A stretch of 64,000 nucleotides of DNA, from positions 1 to 64,000 of the forward strand of contig OZ242164.1 in NCBI GenBank assembly GCA_965205335.1, read 5' to 3'. Below are positions 11,013-21,938 of this stretch, one piece after another. The position numbers and the translations under genes are program-made. Source of the stretch: Candidatus Woesearchaeota archaeon. Its GTDB lineage: Archaea; Nanobdellota; Nanobdellia; Woesearchaeales; UBA583. The stretch's first letter is position 1; the number at the start of each line of letters is the position of its first letter. The notes beneath the pieces were generated by a model. It ran no database searches, was not told the origin of the DNA, and saw only the letters and a list, made by a program, of their open reading frames with translations.

Positions 11013-11381
11013 ATGATTAAAGTGAATAAATTCGATAAAGTGTTTGGAACAGTGGCACTTCTTATGGCAATTCTCATTATATGGCATTGGGGTCTTGTAG
11101 ATGAAGAAAACCAAATCCTAACATTATGGATAGTTGTTGACATATTATTTGTTGTACTACCTATTATTTATTTCTTAGGTTATGGATATTCAAAAGGAAA
11201 GGGATTTGATAAAAAGAACTTGAGTTATACTGTACTAACTTTTTTGCTCATTATATGTGTGGTTGCTATATATCAAGTATTAATGGGTAAGGTTGGTGTT
11301 CTAAGTGTAATATGGGATTATCTTAACGCATTTAGTGTTGTTGCATACTCCTTCATCGCCGGGAAGTACCTTTTAAAATAA
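11013..11381 (+). CDS. hypothetical membrane protein (4 TM)
   Basis: Hydrophobic segments. Confidence 0.65.
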   Translation: MIKVNKFDKVFGTVALLMAILIIWHWGLVDEENQILTLWIVVDILFVVLPIIYFLGYGYSKGKGFDKKNLSYTVLTFLLIICVVAIYQVLMGKVGVLSVIWDYLNAFSVVAYSFIAGKYLLK

Positions 11382-11601
11382 TATCATTACATCCCAAACA
11401 TAACCAAAATTTACTTTGCAATAACTCAAATAGAAAATAGATATTAAGTATCCTGAAACTGAAAATAAATCAGGCAATAATATCTCTCTTTTAAGTTCTC
11501 GTTTAATTTTCAAAATTCATAAATTAAAGATGTAACAAACTCATAAATTTTTACTCTTGCAGATACAAAAAATTTATAAGCCATGTTTCTTCCAACTTAT
11601 T

Positions 11602-12873
11602 ATGGCTGGCAAAATTAATTTTTCAACACATTTAGAGCACCTTAAGAAAGAAGATCCAGAGGTTTATGAAAATATCCTTTTGGAAATAGAGAGGCAGAAG
11701 AACACACTTGAATTAATCCCTTCTGAGAACGTAGTATCGCCTGCTGTTCTTGAGACCCAGGGAAGCGTTTTAACAAATAAATATTCAGAAGGATATCCTA
11801 AAAGAAGATATTATGGGGGCAATTATATCATTGATAAAGTTGAGACTCTTGCAATAGAGAGAGCAAAAAAACTCTTTAGAGCAGAGCATGTAAACGTTCA
11901 GCCTTTATCTGGAGCAGTAATGAATATTGCAGCATATTTTGCATTACTTGATATTGGAGATACAATCTTAGGAATGGATTTAGGCCATGGGGGACATCTA
12001 ACTCATGGGCATCCTGTAACTCATATGTATAAGGTTTTTAATTTTGTCAGATATAAAACCGATTTAGACAATGGTGGAGAAATTGACTATGGTAATCTGC
12101 GTCAGATGGCAATAAAACATAAACCCAAATTAATTCTTGCTGGTTTTTCAGCTTATACAAAAACTCTTAACTGGAAAAAATTTAAAGAAATTGCAGATGA
12201 AGTTGGAGCACTTACAATGGCAGATGTTTCGCATATTGGTGGGCTCATTGCAGCAGGAGTTTTAGAAAATCCTCTTGATTATGGTTTTGATGTTATGACT
12301 ACAACCACTCATAAATCTCTAAGAGGTCCAAGAGGAGGAATTATTTTATGCAGAGAAGAATTTGCTAAGGCAATTGATAAATCTGTCTTTCCGGGGCTTC
12401 AGGGAGGACCATTAGAACATGTAATTGCCGCAAAAGCAGTTGCATTTAAAGAAGCACTAAGACCCAAGTTTAAATCATATCAGGAGCAGGTTTTAAAGAA
12501 CTCAAAAGCTATGGCAAAAGGATTATCTGATAATGGAATTGAACTTGTTTTCGGAGGAACTGAAAACCATATGATTCTTTTTGATTTAAGACCTATTGGT
12601 GTTTGCGGAAAAGATGCCCAGAATGTTTTAGATGATGTTGGAATCTGTACAAATAAAAATGCTATTCCTGATGATGATGCATCTCCGATGAATCCAAATG
12701 GAATTAGAATTGGAACTCCTACAATTACATCGAGAGGATTAAACGAGAATGACTGTTATAGAGTAGGAGAACTCATTGCAAAAGTTTTAATCAATATTTC
12801 AGATGAGAAAATTCATGATGAAGTAAGTAAGGAAGTTAAAGTCCTATGTGAGAAGTATCCATTATATGAGTAA
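11602..12873 (+). CDS. glyA: serine hydroxymethyltransferase (bacterial type)
   Basis: ELIPSEN, NKYSEGYPKRRYYGG, GGHLTHG, TTTHKSLRGPRGG, FPGLQGGP. Confidence 0.97.
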   Translation: MAGKINFSTHLEHLKKEDPEVYENILLEIERQKNTLELIPSENVVSPAVLETQGSVLTNKYSEGYPKRRYYGGNYIIDKVETLAIERAKKLFRAEHVNVQPLSGAVMNIAAYFALLDIGDTILGMDLGHGGHLTHGHPVTHMYKVFNFVRYKTDLDNGGEIDYGNLRQMAIKHKPKLILAGFSAYTKTLNWKKFKEIADEVGALTMADVSHIGGLIAAGVLENPLDYGFDVMTTTTHKSLRGPRGGIILCREEFAKAIDKSVFPGLQGGPLEHVIAAKAVAFKEALRPKFKSYQEQVLKNSKAMAKGLSDNGIELVFGGTENHMILFDLRPIGVCGKDAQNVLDDVGICTNKNAIPDDDASPMNPNGIRIGTPTITSRGLNENDCYRVGELIAKVLINISDEKIHDEVSKEVKVLCEKYPLYE

Positions 12874-12908
12874 ATTATTTTTATGAATAGTTCATTCTGG
12901 TCTAATCC

Positions 12909-13036
12909 GGCTCTGTCCATAAATTGTTTTTTCCAAAATCTATGCTAAATATATTCAATCAAAGAAAGAAATTATTTATCAAAAGTTGCTTTATTGATAC
13001 AATATTTTAAGTTCTCTTGAATTTATGTACAGAGCC
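12909..13036. mobile_element. 128-bp MITE (family 1, IS6-type ends) with 8-bp TSD
   Basis: TIRs GGCTCTGTCCATAAATT...AATTTATGTACAGAGCC; flanked by TCTAATCC at 12901-12908 and 13037-13044. Confidence 0.9.
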
Positions 13037-13079
13037 TCTAATCCTAAACATTTATAAGTTATTAATCTGAGGATATTCT

Positions 13080-13760
13080 ATGAAAGGAAAATTTTTTGTC
13101 TTAGATGGAGTTGATGGTTCGGGAAAAGAAACTCAGGCAAAATTAATTGTTGAAAAATTAAAAGAAGAAGGGTTTGATGTTTTGGAAGTTGATTTCCCAA
13201 GATATGGGGAAAAATCAGCAGGACTTGTTGAAGACTATCTAAATGGGGTGTATGGTTCATTTGATGAAGTTACTCCAAAACAAGCTTCTATTTTTTATGC
13301 AGTTGATAGATTCGCTGCATCAAAAGGGATAAAAGAACATTTAGATAGAGGAGGAATTGTAATTTCAAATAGATATGTTTCATCAAACCAGATTCATCAG
13401 GCAGGAAAGATTAAAGATCCAAATGAACTTGAAGAATTTCTAAAATGGCTTGATGAATTAGAATTTGGGGTTTTTAACATTCCAAGACCTGATAAAGTTT
13501 TCTTTCTAAATGTCCCATATAAAATTGGGATGGAACTTGTTCTAAAAAAGAAAGAAAGAACTTACATTAAAGGAGATAAAAAAACAGATATTCATGAGGA
13601 GAGTGATTCATATATGGAGATGTCATATAAAAGAGCATTATCCTTGGTTAAAAGATATGACTATTGGGAAGAGATTTTGTGTTATAAAAATGGCAATTTA
13701 AGAACAATTGAAGATATTTCCCACGAATTATATAAGAGAATTTTAAACGAGTTGAAATAA
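13080..13760 (+). CDS. tmk: thymidylate kinase
   Basis: DGVDGSGKETQ P-loop, FPRY, YAVDRF, NRYVSS, PRPD. Confidence 0.92.
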   Translation: MKGKFFVLDGVDGSGKETQAKLIVEKLKEEGFDVLEVDFPRYGEKSAGLVEDYLNGVYGSFDEVTPKQASIFYAVDRFAASKGIKEHLDRGGIVISNRYVSSNQIHQAGKIKDPNELEEFLKWLDELEFGVFNIPRPDKVFFLNVPYKIGMELVLKKKERTYIKGDKKTDIHEESDSYMEMSYKRALSLVKRYDYWEEILCYKNGNLRTIEDISHELYKRILNELK

Positions 13761-13763
13761 GAA

Positions 13764-13836
13764 TAGCCCTGCTCGGATTCGAACCGAGGTCCTAGCATCC
13801 AAAGTGCTAGATGATAGTCCACTACACTACAGGGCT
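13764..13836 (-). tRNA. tRNA-Gln(UUG)
   Basis: AGCCCTG...CAGGGCT-A acceptor (A1-U72), anticodon loop CTTTGGA, T-loop GGTTCGAATCC; CCA not encoded. Confidence 0.95.
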
Positions 13837-14008
13837 AAATCTGAGATAATAAATATAATTTAATATTCTTTAAAAAAGTTTTCTATTTTAAGTTGATTTT
13901 AGAATTATATAATTGATAGTTTTTGAATGTTCTGAGTATACATATCATTTAATTTGAACATAGCAGATGTAACGTCAAATTTAAATACTTTATTCTATTT
14001 CTAAAATT

Positions 14009-14863
14009 ATGGCATTAAACAGATTAAAAACAACAATTTTGTTAGCATCACTTGCAGGACTGTTTATGGGCATTGGATTTCTGATTGGAAACCAAATAGG
14101 ACTTATTATAGGTTTTGTCATTGCAATGGCTATTAATCTCTTTTCATATTGGTATTCTGATAAAATAGTTCTTAAAATGTATAAGGCAGAACTTGTATCA
14201 AAAGACCATAAATTATACAAAATAGTTGAGGAATTATCAAGAACTGCGAAAATCCCAATGCCTAAAGTATATACAATTCAAGCCCCATCCCCAAATGCAT
14301 TTGCAACAGGAAGAAATTACAAAAATTCAGCGGTTGCCGCAACAGAAAGTCTTCTTCACATAATGTCTGAAGAAGAAGTTAAAGCAGTTATGGCTCATGA
14401 AATCTCACATATAAAACACAGAGACACATTAATTCAGACAATTGCAGTAGGAATTGCAGCAGCCATTGCTATATTTGCGGAGATCACTCAGTGGGCATTA
14501 ATATTTGGACTTGGGGGGGATGAGGATAGTGGAATAGGTTCTCTCTTTGGAGCAATTGTATTATTAATATTAACTCCTATAATTGCAACAATAATACAAC
14601 TTGCAATATCAAGACAAAGAGAATATTTAGCTGACGCTGGTGCGGCTAGGATTATGCGAACACCTATGCCTATGATTAATGCTTTAAACAAATTAGAGGC
14701 AAATGTAAAAATGTCAAAGCACTCTCATCCATCAGTTGCTCCAACTGAGAGTTTATTTATTGTAAACCCGTTTAAAGGAAGTTCAATATTTAAATTATTT
14801 TCAACACACCCAACAACTGAAAGCAGAATTAAAGCACTAAAAAAAGTTAAAATGGTTAGATAA
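14009..14863 (+). CDS. htpX: zinc metalloprotease HtpX (M48)
   Basis: PNAFATGR, AHEISH, SRQREYLAD, FSTHP. Confidence 0.95.
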   Translation: MALNRLKTTILLASLAGLFMGIGFLIGNQIGLIIGFVIAMAINLFSYWYSDKIVLKMYKAELVSKDHKLYKIVEELSRTAKIPMPKVYTIQAPSPNAFATGRNYKNSAVAATESLLHIMSEEEVKAVMAHEISHIKHRDTLIQTIAVGIAAAIAIFAEITQWALIFGLGGDEDSGIGSLFGAIVLLILTPIIATIIQLAISRQREYLADAGAARIMRTPMPMINALNKLEANVKMSKHSHPSVAPTESLFIVNPFKGSSIFKLFSTHPTTESRIKALKKVKMVR

Positions 14864-15004
14864 AAGTTATTGTTTAGAATCACTTCTTTTAACACAATTC
14901 TTAATTTTTTTCTTGCCTCAATCAATAATTCTGGTTCTTGCCCTGATATTGATAATGATTTAGAATCTGCTTTTTAATATAATGAGATATTCTAGTTGTA
15001 GTAT

Positions 15005-15457
15005 TTAGTTAAGCATATGTGGCCTCAATCTGTAATTATCAATAGGCCAGTCTCTTACTTTTACTCTCTTCATATTTTTGTATGGATTTTCGATATCCAA
15101 AGATTCTGCCATCCTGTAGTATTCTTTTGAAAGTATAGTGTTATGTAAAATATTTATAATCTTTTCTACTTTATGATTGAGTAGTTGAGGATTTTCGACA
15201 CCCAAAAATTCTGCAATTTCTTCCATCCTCTTAATGTGCGAATCTTCGATACCCAAAGATTCTATCATCCCATCCATCATCTTGATGTTTTCTTCTGGAA
15301 ATATACTACCAGTACGTAAAACATATACAATCTTTTCTCTTCTCTCTTTGTGTGGATTTTTGCTACCCGAAGATTCTGCAATACTACCTATCCCTTTGTG
15401 CTTCTGATTTGGAGAACTCAGATTAACACCTCCATTTAAATTTTCTTCTAATCCCAT
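15005..15457 (-). CDS. hypothetical protein with short internal repeats (xESLGIEN)
   Basis: ORF with three ESL/FLG-I/VEN/D repeats. Confidence 0.55.
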   Translation of the reverse strand: MGLEENLNGGVNLSSPNQKHKGIGSIAESSGSKNPHKERREKIVYVLRTGSIFPEENIKMMDGMIESLGIEDSHIKRMEEIAEFLGVENPQLLNHKVEKIINILHNTILSKEYYRMAESLDIENPYKNMKRVKVRDWPIDNYRLRPHMLN

Positions 15458-15505
15458 TGTTAGTAATTATAAGTATACTTATATTTATAAGTCTTTCTTC
15501 TTTAT

Positions 15506-15593
15506 GGGCTTTGTACGAAAAGTCTATATCTTGTATAAAAAAATTTTAAAGTATGTTATATATTGATATTTTAGTTACTTTTCGTACAAAGCT
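15506..15593. mobile_element. MITE family 2 (GGGCTTTGTACGAAAAGT ends) with 8-bp TSD
   Basis: TIR pair GGCTTTGTACGAAAAGT / ACTTTTCGTACAAAGC; TTCTTTAT on both sides; sister copy at 34048. Confidence 0.85.
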
Positions 15594-15840
15594 TTCTTTA
15601 TAGTTTTGGTGTAAATTCGGCTGTTTTTTCTAATTTGGTGTCTATCGGCTGATAGATATTAGATTGTTACATTAGGAAAATTATAAATCTTTCCAACATT
15701 CTGAATCATCCTCTAAGATAATTATAAACTAGTTTATTTATATGGGATAATAATCCAATTCCTTCCTTTATCCAAACAATATATAATTTATATACATTTG
15801 TATATGAACTGCAACGAATTGTATCATTTTAAGTATTTTT

Positions 15841-16554
15841 TCAGCCTTTGTTGTTGGAGGGTTCTGTAAAAATTCGGCTGTTAATTGCTTTTTTTAATAT
15901 TCTTTCCCAGTTGGCAGGAACACTTATCCCACTCGTTTGTGCTGGTGTTTTACCATTCAGGCTTAAATGAGGTTTAATAAAGTTATAATAATTCTTAAAC
16001 CCTTTATTATAAGTTTGAACCCCTTTTAAACTTTTCATTCCTCTCATACTCTTAGTTCTGTCTTTGTGTGTTCCATGATAACGTTCTATGATATTATTAT
16101 TACTATCTTTTTGTCTTAAACTTACATATCTATAGTGGAGATTCTTATTCTTTCTTGTTCTAAACTCTTTTTTAATACTCTTACTATATGCAAAACTTCC
16201 ATCCATGATTATTGTGTATGCTTTTTTATTTGCTATTCTCTTTGCTTGTTTAAATAGTCTCTGTGCATCCTTTGTGCTTCTCTGATTAGTTACATTTGAG
16301 GCAAGTAAAAAACGTGTCTTGCTATCCATACAGTTCCAAATATACTTCTGATTTCCTTTAACTTTAATAAATTGTTCATCTGTATGCCAGATATCACTTA
16401 CATTTGGATTAAATTGTTTTAAATAATCGTCAATTACATCGATGTACTTTTTAACCCATTTCATTATAGTAGTATGATTAACTTCTATGTCGTAAAATTG
16501 TTTTAAAGTATTTACAATACTTCTGTAACTTTCACCTTTCATATACAAATTCAT
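15841..16554 (-). mobile_element. IS6-family DDE transposase, 5'-truncated; terminal repeat GGGTTCTGTAAAAAT at 15859
   Basis: WHTDEQFIKVKG, NCMD, IIMDG, NNIIERYH; strongly similar to the C-terminal part of 37660..38727 but lacks its Zn-finger N-terminus. Confidence 0.88.
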
Positions 16555-16763
16555 ACATTTAACAACTATTTCTAATGTAGTTTGGCATGATAATGATTAC
16601 GATTTTGCATTATGGGTTGTAGAAAATTCTTTATTAAAAAATAAAAAAGTAGTTTTGAAATCAATTCCAAAAACTAATGATGCAAGTTTAATTAAAAAAA
16701 GTTTTACCAATGAATTAGATTTTCAAATTTTAAATATGTGGACAATAATTTATCTATGTTCAC

Positions 16764-17633
16764 TCATACCAAATACTTCTTATAATCCCTTATAAATTTC
16801 TTTGATATGTAATTCACAAAAACAAACTCCTCATTTCTTTCATTTGACTTCTCTAAAGCATTATAATACTGATTTCTCTTCAAATACTTTATATCTATCA
16901 AAGGAAACTGATTTCTATAAAGTATATAATTCATAAGTATCCTGCTAACTCTTCCGTTGCCATCTGTAAACGGATGGATATTTACAAATCTAAACTTTAC
17001 AAGAACTGCTAAAATAAACGGGTGCATTGCATTTAAACTCTTCTTATACCAATTAATAAACTCTCTTAGTTCCTGTTTCAGTTTAGTATGATGCGTGAAC
17101 ATAGTATTACTTCCCACAACCCTCACATTATGATTTCTTATCTTCCCTGCAATGCTTGGATAAGTCTTTACAAAAAGTTTCCTATGTATATTTAATATGA
17201 AATCTAAATCAAATTCCTCCTTTGACTTCAAAAGTTCTAAGAACACTTTATTATGTTCTCTGCTTTCTATAATATCTTTAAGAGGTTTGCGAGGGGCTAT
17301 CTCATCTCTTATCAAATTAACTGTATCTTTCAAATTTAATGTTGAGCCTTCTATTGCCTCTGAATTATATGTAAATCTTATTGCAAAGTCCTCTAAATAT
17401 TTTTCCCTTTCAATTTTAGGGAGTGCTAAGAATTCCTTCTTATGATTGCTTTTTATTATACCAACCTTCTCACCAAACTTTACCATAAACACTTTCTGCA
17501 TGAAATCATTTTTAATTCTAAGAATATTTTTTGGTATTTTTTTCCCTAAATACTCTTCAATTATCTTCTTATCTCCATCTGTACTATATGAATGTTGAAT
17601 ATAATAATAATCTGATTTATTTATTATTCTCAT
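16764..17633 (-). CDS. Fic family protein
   Basis: HPFTDGNGRVSR active-site motif; SEAIEG inhibitory-type motif. Confidence 0.93.
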   Translation of the reverse strand: MRIINKSDYYYIQHSYSTDGDKKIIEEYLGKKIPKNILRIKNDFMQKVFMVKFGEKVGIIKSNHKKEFLALPKIEREKYLEDFAIRFTYNSEAIEGSTLNLKDTVNLIRDEIAPRKPLKDIIESREHNKVFLELLKSKEEFDLDFILNIHRKLFVKTYPSIAGKIRNHNVRVVGSNTMFTHHTKLKQELREFINWYKKSLNAMHPFILAVLVKFRFVNIHPFTDGNGRVSRILMNYILYRNQFPLIDIKYLKRNQYYNALEKSNERNEEFVFVNYISKKFIRDYKKYLV

Positions 17634-18062
17634 ACGTTAACTTTGTCTTGATTTTTTATAAATTTTTGCTTTTTATTGCAGTTTTCCAGACAACTCTCTT
17701 CATAATGCTATCTTCACAATGCTCTTTTAGACTCTTCATTGCCCTCACATCGCTTGAATTAACTAACAACAATCAATTCTAATGTTACCTCTTATCTTTT
17801 GTGTATGAACTAATTTAAAAAACGCAAAAAAATCTACTAATCTTATTGTTGTCCACAATAAATCTTAAACTATGTGGACTATAATCCTTTTAGTTTTCTC
17901 CCTAAATATTCTTCAATTTTTTCTTCTTTTAGGATAAATATATAAAAGATTTATTTTAAATTAAAATAGCTTGACTATTCTATAGTCTAAAAAAACAATA
18001 AAATTAATACTCCAAGTTCTCTTTCCCATAAAAACTCAAATAGATCTCATTTAAATATAAAA

Positions 18063-19706
18063 TCAAGCTGCCTCCTTAAATTGGCTTGCAAATTTTCTTC
18101 TTGCTACAACTAATAAATTAGGTTCTAACGCATCATCTACATGAGAGATTCTACTCCTTCTTGTATTAGGCACATATGGACTTGTTATATAGTTATTAAT
18201 AAACCAATCTCTTACTTCTTCTGTGATTTCCAACCCTTCATTTCTTAAAGTTCTTACAACATCAATTCTTGCTAAATCTCTTTTGTAAGAGTTACTAACT
18301 AATTTTGGAGTCTGAAGGAGTATGTCAATGGTTTCTTCATTAGACAATCCAATAAGGCGTCCAATTCTTGTTTTCTGTCTGTATATCCTCCTGTGATTAC
18401 GTCCTGCAAATGAGGGATCTCTTAATATAGTTTCTTTTACTCTTTGTTCATCCCCATATACCTCTGTTGCTTGCCTTACAACCCTTGTATGATTATAGCC
18501 TGCAAATGGTGGATGTTTTAATATAGCTTTTTTTACTCTTTGTTCATCCCCATATATTTCTGTTGCTTGCCTTACAACCCTTGTATGATTATAGCCTGCA
18601 AATGGTGGATGTTTTAATATAGCTTTTTTTACTCTTTGTTCATTTTCAATTCCATATATTTCTGTTGCTTGCCTTACAACTCTTGTATGATTATAGCCTG
18701 CAAATGGTGGATATTCTAACATATCTTTTTTTACTCTTTGTTCATCCCCATATATTTCTGTTGCTTGCCTTACAACTCTTGTATGATCAAGGCTTGCAAA
18801 TGGTGGATGTTTTAATATAGCTTCTTTTACTCTTTGTTCATTTTCAATTCCATATATTTCTGTTACTTGCCTTACAACTCTTGTATGATTATAGCCTGCA
18901 AATTGAGGGTGTTTTAATATAGCTTTTTTTACTCTTTGTTCATTTTCAATTCCATATATTTCTGTTGCTTGCCTTACAACTCTTGTATGATTATAGCCTG
19001 CAAATGGTGGATGTTTTAACATAGCTTCTTTTACTCTTTGTTCATCCCCATATATTTCTGTTGCTTGTCTTACAACTCTTGTATGATTATGGCCTGCAAA
19101 TGGTGGATGTTTTAACATAGCTTCTTTTACTCTTTGTTCATTTTCAATTCCATATATCTTTGTTGCTTGTCTTACAACTCTTGTATGATTATAGCCTGCA
19201 AATTGAGGGAGTCTTATTATAGCTTTTTTTACTCTTTGTTCATCCTCATATATTTCTGTTGCTTGCCTTACAACTCTTGTATGATTATAGCCTGCAAATG
19301 GTGGATGTTTTAACATAGCTTTTTTTACTCTTTGTTCATCCCCATATATTTCTGTTGCTTGCCTTACAACTCTTGTATGATCAAGGCTTGCAAATGGTGG
19401 ATGTTTTAACATAGCTTCTTTTACTCTTTGTTCATCCCCATATATTTCTGTTGCTTGTCTTACAACTCTTGTATGATTATAGCCTGCAAATTGAGGGAGT
19501 CTTATTATAGCTTTTTTTACTCTTTGTTCATCCTCATATATTTCTGTTGCTTGCCTTACAACTCTTGTATGATCAAGGCTTGCAAATTGAGGGAATTTCT
19601 CTATGATTTTCTCTAGTTTTTCTGCTGAAATCCCATAAATTTTACAGATTTCATCAAACCTATTAAATTCTTCTCCTGATGTTTCAAGAACTTCCTCCAA
19701 TGTCAT
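18063..19706 (-). CDS. tandem-repeat protein, 12 x 32/34-aa helical repeats (mTERF-like)
   Basis: Repeat FAGYNHTRVVRQATEIYG(D/IEN)EQRVKKAILKHPP; 96/102-bp DNA period. Confidence 0.8.
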   Translation of the reverse strand: MTLEEVLETSGEEFNRFDEICKIYGISAEKLEKIIEKFPQFASLDHTRVVRQATEIYEDEQRVKKAIIRLPQFAGYNHTRVVRQATEIYGDEQRVKEAMLKHPPFASLDHTRVVRQATEIYGDEQRVKKAMLKHPPFAGYNHTRVVRQATEIYEDEQRVKKAIIRLPQFAGYNHTRVVRQATKIYGIENEQRVKEAMLKHPPFAGHNHTRVVRQATEIYGDEQRVKEAMLKHPPFAGYNHTRVVRQATEIYGIENEQRVKKAILKHPQFAGYNHTRVVRQVTEIYGIENEQRVKEAILKHPPFASLDHTRVVRQATEIYGDEQRVKKDMLEYPPFAGYNHTRVVRQATEIYGIENEQRVKKAILKHPPFAGYNHTRVVRQATEIYGDEQRVKKAILKHPPFAGYNHTRVVRQATEVYGDEQRVKETILRDPSFAGRNHRRIYRQKTRIGRLIGLSNEETIDILLQTPKLVSNSYKRDLARIDVVRTLRNEGLEITEEVRDWFINNYITSPYVPNTRRSRISHVDDALEPNLLVVARRKFASQFKEAA

Positions 19707-19757
19707 AAAATTACCGAAATAAGAAAGAATTTATAAAATTACCTTTTTTTTTAATCA

Positions 19758-20681
19758 TGTGCAGTAAAGTAGCATATGCTACCATATAAAATTAGAATTT
19801 TTCTAATTTTTATGAAAAAAGAACATTTACGCCGTGAATTCATAAAGTTAAAATGTAAGTATTCGTACTCTAAATGTCAAATACTTTTAGAGAAAAAGTT
19901 CAGTAGAACTTTTCATATTTCAACATTAAAGCGTTGGTATAAACGATTTAATGATGGAATTTGGAATTTTCAAGACAAATCTAAAATCCCTAATAAAGTT
20001 TATTACAAAGTAACTCAAGAAGCTGAAAAAGAGATAATTGAGTTACGTAATAAAACTGGTTGGGGAGCACTAAAGCTAAAGCAAAAGATTAAATCTGTTC
20101 AATTATCTCATACTACAATCAATAAAGTTCTAAAATGTAATGGTTTAACTCGTAAAGAACATAATCGTGGGCAAAGAGCTAAATACGTTCGTTTCGAACG
20201 TGAAAATCCAAACTCTCTATGGCATATTGATGATAGTGAGTTTGGTGAATCAGGTAAAGTAATTGCAGTAATTGATGACTGTTCACGTTACTGCTTAGGT
20301 ATTTTATATGTTCCAACAGTCACCACATTTGTAGTTACGCAGTTCTTAGATACTTTAATTTCCCAGTTTGGAACTCCCAAACAGATAATTAGTGATAATG
20401 GAAGTCCCTATGGCGGGAAATCAAAGTATTCAAAATTTGATGTTTGGTGTAGAAGAAGAAATCTTAAACACATTCGTACAAAGGTCAAAAGACCTCAAAC
20501 GAATGGAAAAGTCGAAAGACTTTTTGGTACTATTAAAAGTGAATGCTCTTTTTATAATAATGATTTAGAGTTATTTCGTTTTAATTACAATCAATTTAGA
20601 CCTCATTTAAGCCTTCATCAGAAAACTCCTGCTGAAGTCTTCAATAAAATTGATTGGTAGCATATGCTACTTGATTACACA
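19758..20681 (+). mobile_element. complete IS481-family element (924 bp), ~27-bp TIRs, 15-bp TSD
   Basis: TGTGCAGTAAAGTAGCATATGCTACCA ... TGGTAGCATATGCTACTTGATTACACA; CTTTTTTTTTAATCA at 19743-19757 and 20682-20696. Confidence 0.92.
19812..20660 (+). CDS. IS481-family (rve integrase core) transposase
   Basis: PNSLWHID, IDDCSR, SDNGS, PQTNGKVER, RPHLSL; likely start MKKEHL at 19812. Confidence 0.92.
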   Translation: MKKEHLRREFIKLKCKYSYSKCQILLEKKFSRTFHISTLKRWYKRFNDGIWNFQDKSKIPNKVYYKVTQEAEKEIIELRNKTGWGALKLKQKIKSVQLSHTTINKVLKCNGLTRKEHNRGQRAKYVRFERENPNSLWHIDDSEFGESGKVIAVIDDCSRYCLGILYVPTVTTFVVTQFLDTLISQFGTPKQIISDNGSPYGGKSKYSKFDVWCRRRNLKHIRTKVKRPQTNGKVERLFGTIKSECSFYNNDLELFRFNYNQFRPHLSLHQKTPAEVFNKIDW

Positions 20682-21041
20682 CTTTTTTTTTAATCACTAA
20701 TAAGTCAAGTGATTAAAAATAGGTGAGAAATAGAAGCATATTATCATATTCTCGATTAATGTTTTTATTCTAATTGCTTTAAAATATAAGTTCTCTGGTT
20801 TCCTTCTCACTCAAATAAGTCATCCTACTATATCTAATTAAACACATTTTATAGGGATTATTATAAAATATGAAAATCACATCCAAAAAATCTCAAAACC
20901 CCAATATCCATTCATTATCTTTTATCTCTTACTATTAAAACTAGAAATAAGATTTTAAAAGGAATTCTAACATGTGTCTGAATAACAAATATTTGAGAAT
21001 TTTTGTTTTAAAAAACAAAGAAATTACAAGAAAAATAAAAC

Positions 21042-21905
21042 TTACTTTCTCTGAAGCATAAGAAGATCCTCTGTTGTTAGTTTTTCTCCCTTCTTCATAA
21101 ACTTAGTTTCCACTTCTTTCTGTTTAGCTTTCAATGACTTTTCAAGTTGCTTCTTCTTTTGAATAGGAGATTCTTTAAGCTGTACTAAAAGTTCTTCCTC
21201 TTTCTTAAATAAGCTCTTGAGTTGTTTGCTAACATCTGAATAAATTTTTTTATGACTTTTGAACTCATCAAAGGCCTTCCTCTTCTCAAGTCTTAACACA
21301 TCAATTTTCTTGTATATTTTCTTCTTTTCTTTGCTAATAAGCCTAATCTTTTTATACAAGGACCTGATTTTCCTTTCAACAATCACAAATTTTTTCTTTA
21401 TATTAGAAAGTTCATTTCTTGATCCCTTTAAATCACTTAAATTGGAAACACTGATTGCGCGTTCATTTATTATATGTCTTAATTCAGCTATCCATTTGTT
21501 AATTTTCGATTCCTTGTCTAATGAGAGAACCTGAGTTTGCAATTTGATTTCCAAAGCTTTAACCTCTGCTTGAATCCTGTTTAATGAAACTGTCTTAATT
21601 ACAGGTCTTCTCTCTTTTGTGGATTTCTTAAGAATCTCAACCCTTTTCTCAAGTTCAGAAATGTTAGTTTTTAACTCCTCATACTCTTTCTTTCTCTCTT
21701 CAAGTTCCTCATTAATCTCATCTAAATCATGTGCTTTCTCAATAGATTTAACATCCTTGTATAGTTTTTCTATTTCATCGGAATACTCTTCTCCACGCTT
21801 GAAATGATTTTCCTTGTCATCCTTCTTTTTGAAAAAATCTTCTTTAAGTTTCTTAATTTCAACTCTCACCTTATTCAATTCACCATGAATTGCCTCTTTG
21901 TCCAT
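21042..21905 (-). CDS. archaeal coiled-coil protein (COG1340-like)
   Basis: Long coiled coil; LQTQVLSLDKE and C-terminal KKGEKLTTEDLL motifs. Confidence 0.75.
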   Translation of the reverse strand: MDKEAIHGELNKVRVEIKKLKEDFFKKKDDKENHFKRGEEYSDEIEKLYKDVKSIEKAHDLDEINEELEERKKEYEELKTNISELEKRVEILKKSTKERRPVIKTVSLNRIQAEVKALEIKLQTQVLSLDKESKINKWIAELRHIINERAISVSNLSDLKGSRNELSNIKKKFVIVERKIRSLYKKIRLISKEKKKIYKKIDVLRLEKRKAFDEFKSHKKIYSDVSKQLKSLFKKEEELLVQLKESPIQKKKQLEKSLKAKQKEVETKFMKKGEKLTTEDLLMLQRK

Positions 21906-21938
21906 TTGTCAGTTGATTTAAAATTCTAAAAAGAACAA

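Noticed and set aside
18410-19600. Regular DNA repeats here and at 32610-33180 and 44990-45935 as CRISPR arrays
   Set aside because: Periods are multiples of 3 (96/102, 99, 60 bp), there are no unique spacers, all lie inside open ORFs, and no cas genes are present
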